NCBI GenBank assembly: GCA_025201805.1
Contig: MU619383.1
Location: 3,861-67,860 of the forward strand
DNA length: 64,000 nucleotides
Source of the DNA: Parasitella parasitica NRRL 2501
Taxonomy: Eukaryota > Fungi > Mucoromycota
Direction: 5' to 3'
The notes under the pieces are model-generated. The model had not been told where the DNA came from. It searched no databases and saw only the letters and a list, made by a program, of their open reading frames with translations. The translations under genes and the position numbers were made by a program. Below are positions 62,532 to 64,000 of the stretch, piece by piece (positions within the stretch are counted from its first letter, which is position 1; each line of letters opens with the position of its first letter).

Positions 62532-63458
62532 TGTTGGATCAAAAAAAAAAAAAAAGATAATAAAACCAAGTGTAACGAGATACGAAAACTGAAAGATACT
62601 TTATTAAAGATCGAAATTGCATCTGCTATTTATACTTTTTACAACCACATAAACTTATGACGACTTATTTAGATTACTAATTGACAAGACTAATTCACAG
62701 TGACAATCTACTTGACAGGGTACGGTATGAGGCTATACAGCAAGGGCTACATGTCTTTGATCTGACAGTGCCTTAACCTTTATCCTGGTGCTCAGATCTG
62801 TGTTACTTACAGGAATAACCTTTTTGATTTGAAACAGAGACTTTATTCTCCAATTTACACAAGCGTATCACATCACATCATTGGACAATCTTCAATCTCC
62901 AATTAAAGTACATTGCCATGATCTCCTGTCTATAATTATGGCAGATCAGTTATGTCAAAATTAGACAGTAAAAAACAATCTGCCTGTTGTGCCAAGTCTT
63001 GGAAATGAGCACAGCAGGTGATTGTATGTGATATAAAAATATAAGAATGTAATAAAGACTTAGTTTACCAGATACAAAACTATTGATTTATTGATTGACA
63101 AGAAGCTGTCTATTTATATTAGAATAAATCTATCAAAATTAATCTATAAAATACAATATCAGGTCGTGTTTGACATTTAACTGTCAAACAAGATTATAAC
63201 ACAGTAGTAGTCAGAGAAAGACCTATTTCTATATCTAATCAGCTAATCGTTATGAATGGGAATCATTCATCGATAAGTTGAGCTTCGCAATTTAGAATAA
63301 GTAGAACCCAAATAGATGGTTTCTTATACAAGACATTCTATTGAATACTTCTATTTACTAGATAAAATAATCGATGCCATTTAACCTTAAATCCGATTAG
63401 GAACGGTTGCCATGACAACTGAGTTGAAATAGTGGTAACCATGGTATTCTATGGATAC
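62532..63458 (-). mobile_element. LTR-like element fragment
   Basis: Starts TGTTGGATC exactly as at 5238. Matches 5238-5651, then the reverse complement of 28295-28760. Confidence 0.75.
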
Positions 63459-63579
63459 ACCACTGCCAAAGAATTATTTTTTTATTAGAAATACATCTTT
63501 TGGAAGTATTTTCTAAACATCTTAATAGCTTTTTAACATCATAATCCACAACTGTAACTAAAATTGACTATTTAGACTT

Positions 63580-63850
63580 TAATAAAAAGTGTAAAACAAC
63601 AATAGATACAATTTAATTCCTTCTTTATTTTTTGGAATAAGATAAAGTGCAAAAGTTAGACATTTCTACTCTATTTATATTCGTTGTTGTAAACGGTCTG
63701 TCTGTCAGTTATGCCGTAACTGTCAGTCAGGTTTTTCTGTATTTGATTTTACATAATCAAGTACGGTATTCTAATATCGATGTTTCTGACACATTTGTAA
63801 ATGACATGCATGGACCAGTCCTTACATTGGTCTATGCGTTCAAAATGTGT
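63580..63850 (-). repeat. ~250-bp dispersed repeat, copy 3
   Basis: Matches 23960-24240 directly and 1580-1820 inverted. Confidence 0.85.
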
Positions 63851-64000
63851 GTTGTATCCATATAAAGGCTACATATGTCATATCTAACTTAGTCATAATG
63901 CACGGATCATGATATTAATTGTTGGTAATTCTTTTACAAATAAGGAATAAGCTACAAGTTGTAATTGGACCTCTTGCAAGGTTCCAAGCTTATTCAAAGA

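Overview
AT-rich, intron-rich fungal genomic DNA. Gene content, short GT-AG introns with CTAAC/CTAAT branch points and the repeat types suggest a Mucorales genome (inference). Three transposon-relic islands (about 1-7.9 kb, 23.3-30 kb, 61.2-64 kb) and a smaller one (45.9-49.6 kb) separate blocks of housekeeping genes: DIS3, a homeodomain TF, DPH2, a carnitine acyltransferase, a C2/Pro-rich protein, PML1, PAC1/NudF, CARNMT1, EHD3, ERG2, a PMT-like gene and VPS74. The standout is a compact six-gene cluster at 8184-15052 arranged as three head-to-head pairs. Four genes encode small disordered proteins that all end in the same ~27-aa strictly alternating amphipathic motif (LRLDLNL.xE/D.xLKA.xxGxVxLxLL); in one of them the motif is completed only after splicing. 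The fifth encodes an acidic protein with a different terminal beta-hairpin-like motif. The sixth encodes a 975-aa repeat protein (DUF3659/DUF6987-like by recall) with a Gly/Leu hydrophobic tail. Together they look like an uncharacterised co-regulated, self-assembling protein system. Other points of interest: two Fanzor (eukaryotic TnpB-like) relics, a PMT paralog lacking canonical catalytic-loop residues, and two near-identical 480-bp pogo-type MITEs. Exon boundaries were read by eye. Family names come from motif recognition, not from database searches.
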